NCBI GenBank assembly: GCA_947378425.1
Contig: CANCJV010000013.1
Coordinates: forward strand, 2,826 to 66,825
DNA from: Synechococcaceae cyanobacterium
Lineage (GTDB): Bacteria; Cyanobacteriota; Cyanobacteriia; PCC-6307; Cyanobiaceae
DNA: 64,000 bases
Reading direction: 5' to 3'
In this document: positions 35,693 to 44,126 of the stretch, in pieces
Position numbering within the stretch: position 1 is the stretch's first letter
How the letters are laid out: each line of letters starts with the position of its first letter
Notes under the pieces: generated by a model
What the model was told of the DNA's origin: nothing
The model's input: only the letters and a program-made list of their open reading frames with translations
Databases searched by the model: none
Program-made: the position numbers and the translations under genes

Positions 35693-36601
35693 GTGACCAG
35701 CACCTCAGGTGCGGGGGCTTTGCCCCCCTCGGCGTTGCAGCCCTATGCCAACGCCCGCATCCTGCTCTTCTCCAATTCCATCCCTGGCGTGCTCGATTCC
35801 GAGCGCACCGGGCGCTTCCTGTTTGAGGGCTTCCTCAAGAGGCTGCGGGGGATCTCCAGCAAGGAGAACTCACCGGGCGTCGACACGGGGGACTTCACCT
35901 ACGAGGGCTACCTCACCCGCGGGGCGGTGCTGGCGCTGACCCCTTCCCAACCCTGGGACTGGCTGGGGACGGCCATCAGCTGGAGCACCACCGGCATCCG
36001 TCCGGTGTCTGGCACCACGCCTGTGTTGCTGGCGCCCTGCTTCGGGGCGGTGTGGCTCGGGCCTCTTACGGAGTTGCGCGCTCCCGGCCGGTTGCCGACC
36101 CCAAGCCGCGGGCAGCTGGCCGCCTTCTCAGTGACCGAGTTCGGCGGTCTCTATGGCGCCGGGGGCATTGGCTCGTTGACCCAGCCCCTGCTGGGCGAAC
36201 GCGTCCAGGCCGCCCTCAAGCCCAACCGGGTGGTGGTCGTAGCCAATGGCGAGAGCCTCAACCTTCTCGCCGAGCGACACCTCACCACGGTCACCACCTT
36301 GCGGGGCCTGAACCCCACCCTCACCGGCCGGCCCTCCGATCCACTGCCAGTGGGCAGCTGGCTGTTCATCCCCAAGCGCCGGGCCGCCGCAAACGCTGAC
36401 ACCAGCACCACCAGCCTGCCGGCTGGCTTCTACACGCCCGAAACCCTGGCCACCTATCTGGGCGTGTCGCTCTCGACCATCTACAGCTGGAACTCCAGCG
36501 GCTACGGGCCTCCCTTCGTGAAGCTGGGTAACCTAGTCCGTTACACCTACGAGGGCGTGGAGATCTGGCTGGCCAGGCAGCTGGAGCTCTCGCGGGGGTG
36601 A
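35693..36601 (+). CDS. Chimeric-looking protein: unknown N-domain + LysM-like motif + C-terminal excisionase-type HTH (HTH_17/AlpA-like)
   Basis: The LysM-like segment is GESLNLLAERHLTTVTTLRGLNPTL...PLPVGSWLFIP. The C-terminal 68 aa, FYTPETLATYLGVSLSTIYSWNSSGYGPPFVKLGNLVRYTYEGVEIWLA, form an excisionase-family HTH and coincide with repeat copy 1. Confidence 0.6.
   Translation: MTSTSGAGALPPSALQPYANARILLFSNSIPGVLDSERTGRFLFEGFLKRLRGISSKENSPGVDTGDFTYEGYLTRGAVLALTPSQPWDWLGTAISWSTTGIRPVSGTTPVLLAPCFGAVWLGPLTELRAPGRLPTPSRGQLAAFSVTEFGGLYGAGGIGSLTQPLLGERVQAALKPNRVVVVANGESLNLLAERHLTTVTTLRGLNPTLTGRPSDPLPVGSWLFIPKRRAAANADTSTTSLPAGFYTPETLATYLGVSLSTIYSWNSSGYGPPFVKLGNLVRYTYEGVEIWLARQLELSRG
36395..36601 (+). 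repeat. 207-bp direct repeat, copy 1 (HTH-coding)
   Basis: It aligns without gaps to 58862-59068. A hand count gives 21 mismatches in 207 nt. Only 2 of 68 codons change the amino acid. Confidence 0.9.
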
Positions 36602-36644
36602 GGGCTGAACTGTGCTGGCTGCAGGGGTAAGCCTGTCGATCGAA

Positions 36645-37190
36645 CTACAGCCAATGCAGGGGGTAGGGCATCGCCCCTGGGACCCAGCTGCTGAATCCCC
36701 AGGCCAGCACGACCATCAGCACAGATCCCGTGAGCACCGGGAACAGGAGGAAGGGCCAGGTCACGCCAAGAAACACCGTCAGAAACGCCATCCCTCCGGC
36801 GGGTGGATGCAGGCAGCGCAGCTGCTGACCCAACAAAATCGTGAGTCCAACAGCCAGAGCCAGCACCAGAGGCCCCTGGCCGAAAAGTGAGCCCAGCGCC
36901 ACTCCTAGAAAACCGCCGAGGGTGTTGCCCACGACGACATTGCGGGGCTGTGCCAGGGGGCTGCGCGGATAGCCAAAGAGCAGAACGGAAGAGGCGCCAA
37001 GTGGAGCCACGATCAACACATGACCACTCCAGGCTGAGAGCAGAGCCAGCAACCCCACTGCCATCAGACCGCCAAGGGAGGTCACTCCGATCTGGGAGAT
37101 CCGAAAGCGCGGCTGTATTCGACGCCCTCTGCGGCGTTCGCGCCGCTGAAGCACGGCGGCCCGCCTCACCAGCCTGCCGATGGAAGCCAT
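36645..37190 (-). CDS. HPP-family membrane protein (putative nitrite transporter)
   Basis: The internal ATG gives MASIGRLV... The product has 4-5 TM helices and the family signature CLHPPAGG. The 350-aa ORF extension is rejected. Confidence 0.75.
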   Translation of the reverse strand: MASIGRLVRRAAVLQRRERRRGRRIQPRFRISQIGVTSLGGLMAVGLLALLSAWSGHVLIVAPLGASSVLLFGYPRSPLAQPRNVVVGNTLGGFLGVALGSLFGQGPLVLALAVGLTILLGQQLRCLHPPAGGMAFLTVFLGVTWPFLLFPVLTGSVLMVVLAWGFSSWVPGAMPYPLHWL

Positions 37191-37659
37191 GGCCTCCGGT
37201 GAATTCGCCCCTGCAGTCTGTAGGCGGCCCACTCTCGACGTGGACGGGCCAGTGGCCAGAGCCATGTATCGCCCGTTCCCTGTCCCCGCTTCTGCTACGG
37301 CGAAAGCCTGGTGGTCGAACCCGAACGGGGACTGGGCCTTCCCGCCAGTCTGTTTGTGGCGCCCCATCGGGCCTGGGAAGTTCCGAGGCCCCGGGCGCCC
37401 GCAGCCACCCCCGCTGGCGCGATCATGGCTTTGGCTTCTCGATGAGCTTTGCCATGGTCCGACACCTCCAGGTGCCCAGCGATGGTTGCGATCTGGCCGA
37501 TGGCACGATCCACATAGCGGTGAGTTCCGTCCGGGTGTCGGCGCCTGTATTGCCTCTGTGCATGGCCAGGCCATTCGCACGCCTGCTGAGCCATGGGGCT
37601 TTGGATGGCCTCCTCTACGCCATCCCATCAGCACCCCCTCTGACCCCCACGCCCCATCC

Positions 37660-38166
37660 ATGAGCCAAGCCTTGGACGGAACTCTCCCCAGCCTCACGCA
37701 CCTTGATTCGCGCGGTGACGTTCACATGGTCGATGTGAGCAGTCGGGCAGCCACGGTTCGCGAGGCCGTGGCCGAGGGCTGGCTGCGCATGCAGCCGGTT
37801 ACGCTGGCGTTGGTCCTGGAGGGTCAGGCGCCCAAGGGAGATGTGCTGGCGGTGGCCCGGGTGGCGGCAATCCAGGCTGCCAAGCGCACCGCTGAGCTGA
37901 TTCCCCTCTGCCATCCGCTGCCGCTTTCGGGGGTGAAGGCCACGATCGGGCCTGCGCTTGATGGGTCTGGGCTGCGTGTGGAGGTGCGGGTCCGCACCAC
38001 CGCCGCCACCGGCGTGGAGATGGAGGCGCTCACGGCCGTGAGTGTGGGCCTGCTCACGCTCTACGACATGGTAAAGGCCGCCGATCCCGCCATGACGATC
38101 GGGCCAATCCAGCTGCTGTCCAAGCAAGGCGGCCGCAATGGTGTCTGGCAGCGGCGAGATGGCTGA
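37660..38166 (+). CDS. moaC: Cyclic pyranopterin monophosphate synthase MoaC
   Basis: Motifs are [45 protein letters not shown] and [21 protein letters not shown]. Confidence 0.9.
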   Translation: MSQALDGTLPSLTHLDSRGDVHMVDVSSRAATVREAVAEGWLRMQPVTLALVLEGQAPKGDVLAVARVAAIQAAKRTAELIPLCHPLPLSGVKATIGPALDGSGLRVEVRVRTTAATGVEMEALTAVSVGLLTLYDMVKAADPAMTIGPIQLLSKQGGRNGVWQRRDG

Positions 38167-39406
38167 ACCCAGGGCTGAACCCTTTCCCGCCGAGGGATTG
38201 CCGCTGGAGGAGGCGCGGGCGCGGGTGTTGGCCGCGCTGCGGCCTCATCCGCCGATCGAGACCCTCCCCCTGGCGGCCTGCCTGGGCCGGGTGGTGGCGC
38301 AATCGGTGTTGGCCAGCGAAGCGGTGCCCGGATTCCGGGCCGCGATCCTCGATGGCTACGCCGTGGCCGATGCCACGCCACCGAAGCCCGGTCGCCGCTG
38401 GCGGGTGGTGGGACACTCCGCAGCCGGCGCTCCCTACCCGCAGCCCATTGGGGAGGGGGAGGCGGTGCGCATCCTCACCGGCGCCCCCTTGCCGGAGGGT
38501 GCCGCGCGGGTGTTAGCCCAGGAGCAGGTGGAGGTTCAGGGGACGTCGCTGCTCCTCACAGAGGCCGTGGGCCCGGAGCCCTGGATCCGTGCCGCCGATG
38601 AGGAGGCGGCGCCGGGGCAGTTGCTGTTGGAGGCCGGCCAGCGCCTCGGGCCCGCCGATCTGGGTCGGTTGGCGGGCTGTGGTGTGGCGATGCTGCCGGT
38701 GGCGACCCGCCCGCGGATTGGCCTGCTGATCACCGGCGATGAACTGGTGAGGCCCGGTGCCCGTCGCGGGCCCGGTGAGATCTGGGAAAGTAACGGCACC
38801 ATCCTTGAGGCTCTGTTAGCCCGTCTGGGCTACCCGCTGACCCTACGGTTGCAGGTGGCCGATCAGCCGGAGCGATTGGCGGCCGCCTTTGATCAGCTGG
38901 CTGCCGGTTGCGATCTGGTGGTGAGCACCGGTGGCGTTTCTGCCGGCGACAGCGACTGGATCCGCCCCCTGTTGGCCGAGCGGGGCACGGTGGCGTTCTG
39001 GAAGTTGTTCCTGCGGCCGGGACGCCCCTTTGCGTTCGGCTCCCTGGCCGGATTGCCTTTCTTCGGTCTGCCGGGTAATCCGGTGGCGGCCGCCATCACG
39101 GCCTTGCAGCTTGTGCTGCCGGCTCTGCAGGCGCTGGAAGGGGGCGATGCCGTGGGTCTGCGGCGGTTGCGGGTGAGGCTGGCGGCGCCCCTGAGGCGAC
39201 GGCCGGGGCGGCCGGAACTGGCCCGGGCCCGATTGGCATTCGCCGCTGACGGGCTGCCGCTGGCGTTGCTGGAGGGCAGCCAGGCGTCGTCCCGCATCGG
39301 TTCGCTGCAAGGGGCCGAGCTGCTGTTGGAGCTGCCCGCCGAGGCGGCCACGCTGGAGGCCGGTACCGAGCTCTGGGCCCAGCTGCTGCTGCTGCCCCTG
39401 TTCTGA
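38159..39406 (+). CDS. moeA: Molybdopterin molybdenumtransferase MoeA
   Basis: Patterns [11 protein letters not shown]...[10 protein letters not shown]...[13 protein letters not shown] and [10 protein letters not shown] are present. The ATG overlaps the moaC stop (ATGGCTGA). An alternative ATG lies at 38138. Confidence 0.88.
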   Translation: MAEPRAEPFPAEGLPLEEARARVLAALRPHPPIETLPLAACLGRVVAQSVLASEAVPGFRAAILDGYAVADATPPKPGRRWRVVGHSAAGAPYPQPIGEGEAVRILTGAPLPEGAARVLAQEQVEVQGTSLLLTEAVGPEPWIRAADEEAAPGQLLLEAGQRLGPADLGRLAGCGVAMLPVATRPRIGLLITGDELVRPGARRGPGEIWESNGTILEALLARLGYPLTLRLQVADQPERLAAAFDQLAAGCDLVVSTGGVSAGDSDWIRPLLAERGTVAFWKLFLRPGRPFAFGSLAGLPFFGLPGNPVAAAITALQLVLPALQALEGGDAVGLRRLRVRLAAPLRRRPGRPELARARLAFAADGLPLALLEGSQASSRIGSLQGAELLLELPAEAATLEAGTELWAQLLLLPLF

Positions 39407-39417
39407 TCCCCCTGTCT

Positions 39418-39927
39418 TCAAAGGGGCGTGTTGCCTTCCACCCAGGTGCCCACCCCGTTCACCCATTCCCGTTTCCAGAAGGGAACCTCGTGCTTGAGGC
39501 CTTCCAGCAGGGCCTGGCCGCACCGCTGGGCCGGGCCGCGGCGATCGGCCGCCACCGCCACCAGCACGATGACCTCGCCGGGTCGTAGCTGGCCGATCCG
39601 GTGGCGCACCAGCACTGCAGCGGTCCCCTGGGCCGTGACCATGGCCAGCTCCTGCAGGCGGCGTTCAGCCATGGCGGGGTAATGCTCCAGCTCCAGGGCC
39701 TCCAGCGGCAGGCCTAGGCCACTCACACCCCGCACCCTGCCGATGAAGTGGGCCTCAGCGGCAGGCATGCCACCGGGCAAGTCCGCCAGCTGCCTTTGCC
39801 AGGCGGCCAGGCAGGCGAGGGGATCAAGGGTGGCGGAGAGCAGCTGCAGATCCAGCCGGGGCTGCGCCGTTTCCACGGGTTCGCGCCGCTCAGCCTCCAC
39901 TGATCGGCGGCAGGAAGGCCAGTTCAT
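39418..39927 (-). CDS. moaE: Molybdopterin synthase catalytic subunit MoaE
   Basis: Motifs are FIGRVRG...LELEHYPAMAE...HRIGQLRPGE...PFWKRE. Confidence 0.88.
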   Translation of the reverse strand: MNWPSCRRSVEAERREPVETAQPRLDLQLLSATLDPLACLAAWQRQLADLPGGMPAAEAHFIGRVRGVSGLGLPLEALELEHYPAMAERRLQELAMVTAQGTAAVLVRHRIGQLRPGEVIVLVAVAADRRGPAQRCGQALLEGLKHEVPFWKREWVNGVGTWVEGNTPL

Positions 39928-40162
39928 CGTCGGGGTTGAGGGGCGTGTCGAAGCTGGCGAAGCTGTGGTTGATCGCCACCCGCACGGTGTGCGCTGGTGC
40001 TGGATCGGGCAGTTGGCTCCAGATCTGGTGCGGTGTGAGGCCGGCGCTGTGGGGCCAGGTTCGCTCCCCCCAGCCCGCCCGCTCCCGCAGTCCGGCGAAG
40101 AGCTTGACCCTCACCGTGGCCGCTGCCACGGCGTTGGATCCCCCGTCACCTGGCCCCCGCAT
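39890..40162 (-). CDS. moaD: Molybdopterin synthase sulfur carrier MoaD
   Basis: The product reads VRVKLFAGLRERAG...DELAFLPPISGG with a C-terminal Gly-Gly. The start is uncertain. Confidence 0.8.
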   Translation of the reverse strand: MRGPGDGGSNAVAAATVRVKLFAGLRERAGWGERTWPHSAGLTPHQIWSQLPDPAPAHTVRVAINHSFASFDTPLNPDDELAFLPPISGG

Positions 40163-40237
40163 CGTTTTGGTCTGGATCACTCCACCCACTCTGTCGCTAC
40201 CGCAGCCCCACAATGGGCCTTCCGCCGCTGGCCTGCT

Positions 40238-40753
40238 GTGGCCCTTTCGATCGCCCTGCTCACGGTGTCCGATCGGCGTAGCCTCGCCGACGATCCCTCC
40301 GGCGATGCCCTCCAGCAGCGCCTTGAGGCAGCGGGCCACCGGCTGCAGGAGCGTTGCCAGGTGCCCGATGACCGATACCGGATCCGAGCGGAGGTCAGTC
40401 GCTGGATCGCCGATCCGGCCGTGCAGGTGATGATCAGCAGTGGTGGTACTGGCTTAACCGGTCGTGATGGCACCCCGGAAGCGGTGGCTCCTTTGCTCGA
40501 CAAGACCATGGATGGCTTCGGGGAGCTCTTCCGGATGCTCTCCTTCCAGACCATCGGCACCAGCAGCCTCCAGAGCCGCTGCCTGGCGGGGGTGGCCAAT
40601 GGCACCCTCATTTTCGTGTTGCCCGGTTCTCTCGATGCGGTGTCCACGGCCTGGGATCGGTTGATTCGCGCCCAGCTGGACGCGGAGACCCTCCCCTGCA
40701 ATCTGGTGCAGCTGTTGCCTCGCTTGCGGGAAGATCCCGATCAGCTCGCCTGA
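40238..40753 (+). CDS. moaB: Molybdenum cofactor biosynthesis protein MoaB/Mog-type
   Basis: The GTG start gives (M)ALSIALLTVSDRRS...ISSGGTGLTGRDGTPEA...VLPGS. The long upstream ORF extension is rejected. Confidence 0.8.
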   Translation: MALSIALLTVSDRRSLADDPSGDALQQRLEAAGHRLQERCQVPDDRYRIRAEVSRWIADPAVQVMISSGGTGLTGRDGTPEAVAPLLDKTMDGFGELFRMLSFQTIGTSSLQSRCLAGVANGTLIFVLPGSLDAVSTAWDRLIRAQLDAETLPCNLVQLLPRLREDPDQLA

Positions 40754-40759
40754 GCGCCG

Positions 40760-41506
40760 ATGGAGACCTCAGCGCTGCTGCTTGCCCTGGCTGGGGTGGC
40801 CTTTCTCTATGCCTCCGTTGGCCATGCGGGGGCCTCCGGCTACATCGCGGTGCTTGCGCTGAGCGGTTTTGCCGCCGCAGAGATCCGACCCCTAGCGCTG
40901 GTCCTCAACGTGCTCGTGTCCAGCCTCGCCACCTGGAATTTCGCCGCCGCCGGCCACTTTCGGCGCGAGGTGTTTCTGCCGCTCGCCCTGTTCTCGATTC
41001 CTGCGGCGTTGGTGGGCGGCATGGTCTCCTTGCCCACCCAGCCGCTCCAACGCCTGCTTGGGCTGGTGCTGCTGTTCTCAGCCTGGCGGTTGTCGCAGCC
41101 TTCCCAACCCGGAGAGGTTTCTCTAGCCGTGCCAGGACCCATGACCATCAGCCTGACGGGGGGCCTCCTTGGCGGGCTGGCCGGCATCACCGGCACCGGT
41201 GGCGGCATCTTCCTGACGCCGCTGATGATCCTGCGGGGCTGGCTGGTGCCTCGCCAGGCGGCGGCCGTCTCGGCGGCATTCATCCTGGTCAATTCCCTGG
41301 CGGGGCTGGTCGGGTTGGTGATGGCCAGGGGGAGCGCCGCTCTGCCTGCGGCCGGAGTGGTGGGGCCCATGGCGTTGGCAGTGATGATGGCCGGAGGGCT
41401 GGGGGGCCATTGCGGCAGCCGCCGCTTTCCTTCCCTGTGGATTCGGCGCCTGCTGGCCGTGGTGCTGTTGGTGGCAAGCGGAAAGTTGCTGGGCTGGATG
41501 GGCTGA
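40760..41506 (+). CDS. TauE/SafE-family (DUF81) membrane transporter
   Basis: 248 aa with 7-8 TM helices. The N-terminal LLALAGVAFLYASVGHAGASGY and an internal repeat GGLLGGLAGITGTGGGIF fit the family. Confidence 0.7.
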   Translation: METSALLLALAGVAFLYASVGHAGASGYIAVLALSGFAAAEIRPLALVLNVLVSSLATWNFAAAGHFRREVFLPLALFSIPAALVGGMVSLPTQPLQRLLGLVLLFSAWRLSQPSQPGEVSLAVPGPMTISLTGGLLGGLAGITGTGGGIFLTPLMILRGWLVPRQAAAVSAAFILVNSLAGLVGLVMARGSAALPAAGVVGPMALAVMMAGGLGGHCGSRRFPSLWIRRLLAVVLLVASGKLLGWMG

Positions 41507-41569
41507 GGGCAGGCGACAGGAGTTGATCGCTGCTGCCTGAGCGAAGCACCGGCGCGATCGGCGCAGGCC

Positions 41570-42658
41570 TCAGCCGCCCAAGTAGGCCATCTCCGCATGG
41601 CGAGCCGCGGCGGCGGCTGGCGGGGCCGGCGCCGCTCCGGGCGTCCAGGCCGCCTGACGTTGTTCGCTCCAGCGGTCGTCCCGCTGCGCCCAGCGGGCTG
41701 CCAGCACCTGCCGCAGCGCCCCCGGCGGGGTGCTGAGCTCTAACCAAGGCCGTAGATCCAGGCCGCTGCCGGGGGCGGCGAACAGGCAGCTGTAGGCGAG
41801 GCCGTCGGCGGTCACCCGCAGGCGATTGCAGTCGCCGCAGAAGGGGGTGCTCACGGAAGCCACTACGGCTAGCAGGCCGCGGCCGTCGCGGTAGCGCCAG
41901 CGGATCGCCGTGCCGTGCGGATCGCGGCCCACGGGCTCCAGCGGCCAGCGTTCCGCGATCCGCTCCACCATCACGCCGGCGCTCAGCACCGCCTCCGGCC
42001 GCCAGCCGTTCCGATTGCCGACATCCATGTATTCGATCAGCCGCAGCTCCACCCCCCGCTGCCGCGCCAGGTCCGCCAGCGTCAGCAGCTGGTCGTCGTT
42101 GCGGCCGCGTTGGATCACGGCATTGAGCTTCAGCGCTCCCTTCCCCGGATCGAAGCCCGCATCCCGGGCGTAGTCGATCGCCGCCAACACCTTCGCCAGC
42201 AGATCGTCGCCGGCTGTCGTTCCGCCCGGGAGACCCGCCATCGCTGCCACGCTGGCCCCTGTGGCGCCATCGAGGCTCAGGGTGATCCGGTCCAGCCCGG
42301 CCTTGCGAAGGGATCGGGCCCGAGCGGCCGTGAGCAGGCTGCCGTTGCTGGTGAGGGCGATTTCAGCCAGGCCAGCGGCTCCGGTGGCCGCGGCCTGGCG
42401 CAGGGGCGCGGCGCCGCTGATCAGATCCTCAAGGCCGGGGTGAAGCAGGGGTTCGCCGCCGGTGAGGCGCAGGCTCCGGACCCCCAGCTCCACCGCGGCG
42501 CGCACCACTGAAAGGCGTTGAGACCGGTTCAGCAGCCCCGGCGGCTCGACCCCATCCGGCAGGCAGTAGGGGCAGGCCAGGTTGCAGCGGGCCGTGAGCG
42601 AGAGGCGCAGAACCCCCAGCGGGCGGCCGTGGCGGTCGAGGGGCAGGGGTGGCGCCAT
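41570..42658 (-). CDS. moaA: GTP 3',8-cyclase MoaA (radical SAM)
   Basis: It has the CNLACPYC radical-SAM cluster motif, LRLTGGEPLL and the C-terminal CGDCNRLRVTADG. Confidence 0.92.
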   Translation of the reverse strand: MAPPLPLDRHGRPLGVLRLSLTARCNLACPYCLPDGVEPPGLLNRSQRLSVVRAAVELGVRSLRLTGGEPLLHPGLEDLISGAAPLRQAAATGAAGLAEIALTSNGSLLTAARARSLRKAGLDRITLSLDGATGASVAAMAGLPGGTTAGDDLLAKVLAAIDYARDAGFDPGKGALKLNAVIQRGRNDDQLLTLADLARQRGVELRLIEYMDVGNRNGWRPEAVLSAGVMVERIAERWPLEPVGRDPHGTAIRWRYRDGRGLLAVVASVSTPFCGDCNRLRVTADGLAYSCLFAAPGSGLDLRPWLELSTPPGALRQVLAARWAQRDDRWSEQRQAAWTPGAAPAPPAAAAARHAEMAYLGG

Positions 42659-42771
42659 GGCCCGAACGCTAGGGGGCCCAGCCCCCGGCCAGCCGCTCTA
42701 GCTTCCGGCCCACCCGATCGGGCGGCCGTCGTGCCCGCTGATCCCTCTTAGGTGGTTGCTCTGGAGGCGCG

Positions 42772-43572
42772 TTAGGAGGAGGGGTGGTTCTGGTTACGGA
42801 TGGCGCGGGGATCGAGCGGCACCACCTGGCAGGGCAGATCCGCGAGCCAGCCCTGCAGACGCCGCTCGCCCCGCTGCACCGCCGCCGCCAGGTGGGCGCG
42901 GATCGGTGCGCTGCTCGGATAGAGGCCCAACAGCGGTTGTAGCCGGGTGCCGTCATGGGCGAGCTGAAGCCGGCCGGGGCTCGCAGTCGCTGCCGCCAGG
43001 AGAGTGTGCAGGGCCGCGAGGGTGAGGTCCGGCATGTCCACGGGGCAGAGCAGCAGACGCTCCTCGGGGTGGTGCTGCATCAGCCGGTGCAGGGCCAGCA
43101 GGGGCCCTTCCCAGGGCGGTGGCTCGGCCAGGGCGGTGAGAGGGCTGTGGCCCGCCTGGGGCTGCTCCCCTCTCGGCCGCAGCTCCTTCCCCAGCCGCTC
43201 GGCCAGCACCAGGTGCTGCGGGTGGCGGCTCAGCAGCGTGATCGGGCTGTGCAGGTCGGCCAGCAGCCGCAGGGTGCGCTCCAGCCAGGTGCCGCCCTCG
43301 GGGTGGGGCAGCAGGGCCTTGTCGCGCCCCATGCGCCGGCTTTCGCCGCCGCTGAGCAGGCAGCAGCGCAGCGGCGGTGGTGGCACTGCGGGGGTGGTGA
43401 TGGCAGGAACGGACGGAACGGTTTGAGCGGGCTGGTCCGGTTGGTCCGGCTTGGCAGGGTGTGATCCAGGCACGGCCTCTATGTAGCAGGGGCAGCCATC
43501 GGCGAACCCGCCGGCCCATAGGGTCGCCCTAACGCCTCTTGCCGCCATGCCTCTCTGCCCTCTGGCCGCCAC
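42772..43572 (-). CDS. mobA: Molybdenum cofactor guanylyltransferase MobA (start uncertain)
   Basis: It carries the [16 protein letters not shown] motif. The annotated start overlaps the divergent cynS start, so a downstream start is likely. Confidence 0.75.
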   Translation of the reverse strand: MAARGQRGMAARGVRATLWAGGFADGCPCYIEAVPGSHPAKPDQPDQPAQTVPSVPAITTPAVPPPPLRCCLLSGGESRRMGRDKALLPHPEGGTWLERTLRLLADLHSPITLLSRHPQHLVLAERLGKELRPRGEQPQAGHSPLTALAEPPPWEGPLLALHRLMQHHPEERLLLCPVDMPDLTLAALHTLLAAATASPGRLQLAHDGTRLQPLLGLYPSSAPIRAHLAAAVQRGERRLQGWLADLPCQVVPLDPRAIRNQNHPSS

Positions 43573-44002
43573 GCTGCTTGCCGCTAAGCGGCGCTGCGGG
43601 CTGAGCTTCGCCGATCTCGGCGCGCGGCTGGGGGTGGATGAGGTGTGGCTGGCGAGCCTGATTCATGGGCAGGCCACCGCCAACCTTGAGGAGGCCGACA
43701 GCCTGCTGGAGGCCCTGGCGATCCCCGAGGCGGAGCGCCAGGAGCTGCGCGAGCAGCTCACCACCTACCCGATCAAGGGCGCCCTCGACCCGGTGATCCC
43801 CACCGATCCGTTGCTGTATCGCTTCCACGAGATCCTGCAGGTGTATGGCCTGCCGCTGAAGGATGTGATCCAGGAGAAATTCGGCGATGGCATCATGTCG
43901 GCGATTGATTTCACCCTCACCGTCGCCAAGGTCGAAGACCCCAAGGGCGATCGGGTGGTGGTGACGATGAATGGCAAGTTTCTGCCGTATCGCAAGTGGT
44001 GA
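43547..44002 (+). CDS. cynS: Cyanase (cyanate hydratase)
   Basis: The full-length pattern is present, ending [39 protein letters not shown]. Confidence 0.95.
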   Translation: MPLCPLAATLLAAKRRCGLSFADLGARLGVDEVWLASLIHGQATANLEEADSLLEALAIPEAERQELREQLTTYPIKGALDPVIPTDPLLYRFHEILQVYGLPLKDVIQEKFGDGIMSAIDFTLTVAKVEDPKGDRVVVTMNGKFLPYRKW

Positions 44003-44126
44003 GCCAAATGCGAACTGGTCTTGCCGGCTTGGCTTCGCTTGTCTTGGCGATCGTCCGACCCGATCCCGCCGCCCTCAGGCGTTGAGCTGACTTCCGCTCC
44101 TGAATGCTCCCGAGCCCGCTGCCGCC

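Larger units (their letters stand above)
17192..36601. mobile_element. Temperate-phage-like element, left part (lysogeny/recombination/replication/packaging/portal)
   Basis: Contiguous translationally coupled phage modules: xis-like gene, BRO, SSB, RecT/exonuclease, VRR-NUC, helicase, primase, origin, TerS/TerL and portal. Confidence 0.75.

Noticed and set aside
36645-38166. 350-aa (- strand) and 328-aa (+ strand) ORFs overlapping each other between the HPP gene and moaC
   Set aside because: Only the C-terminal parts match HPP and MoaC. The extensions are mutually overlapping low-complexity sequence, so internal ATG starts (37190 and 37660) were chosen.
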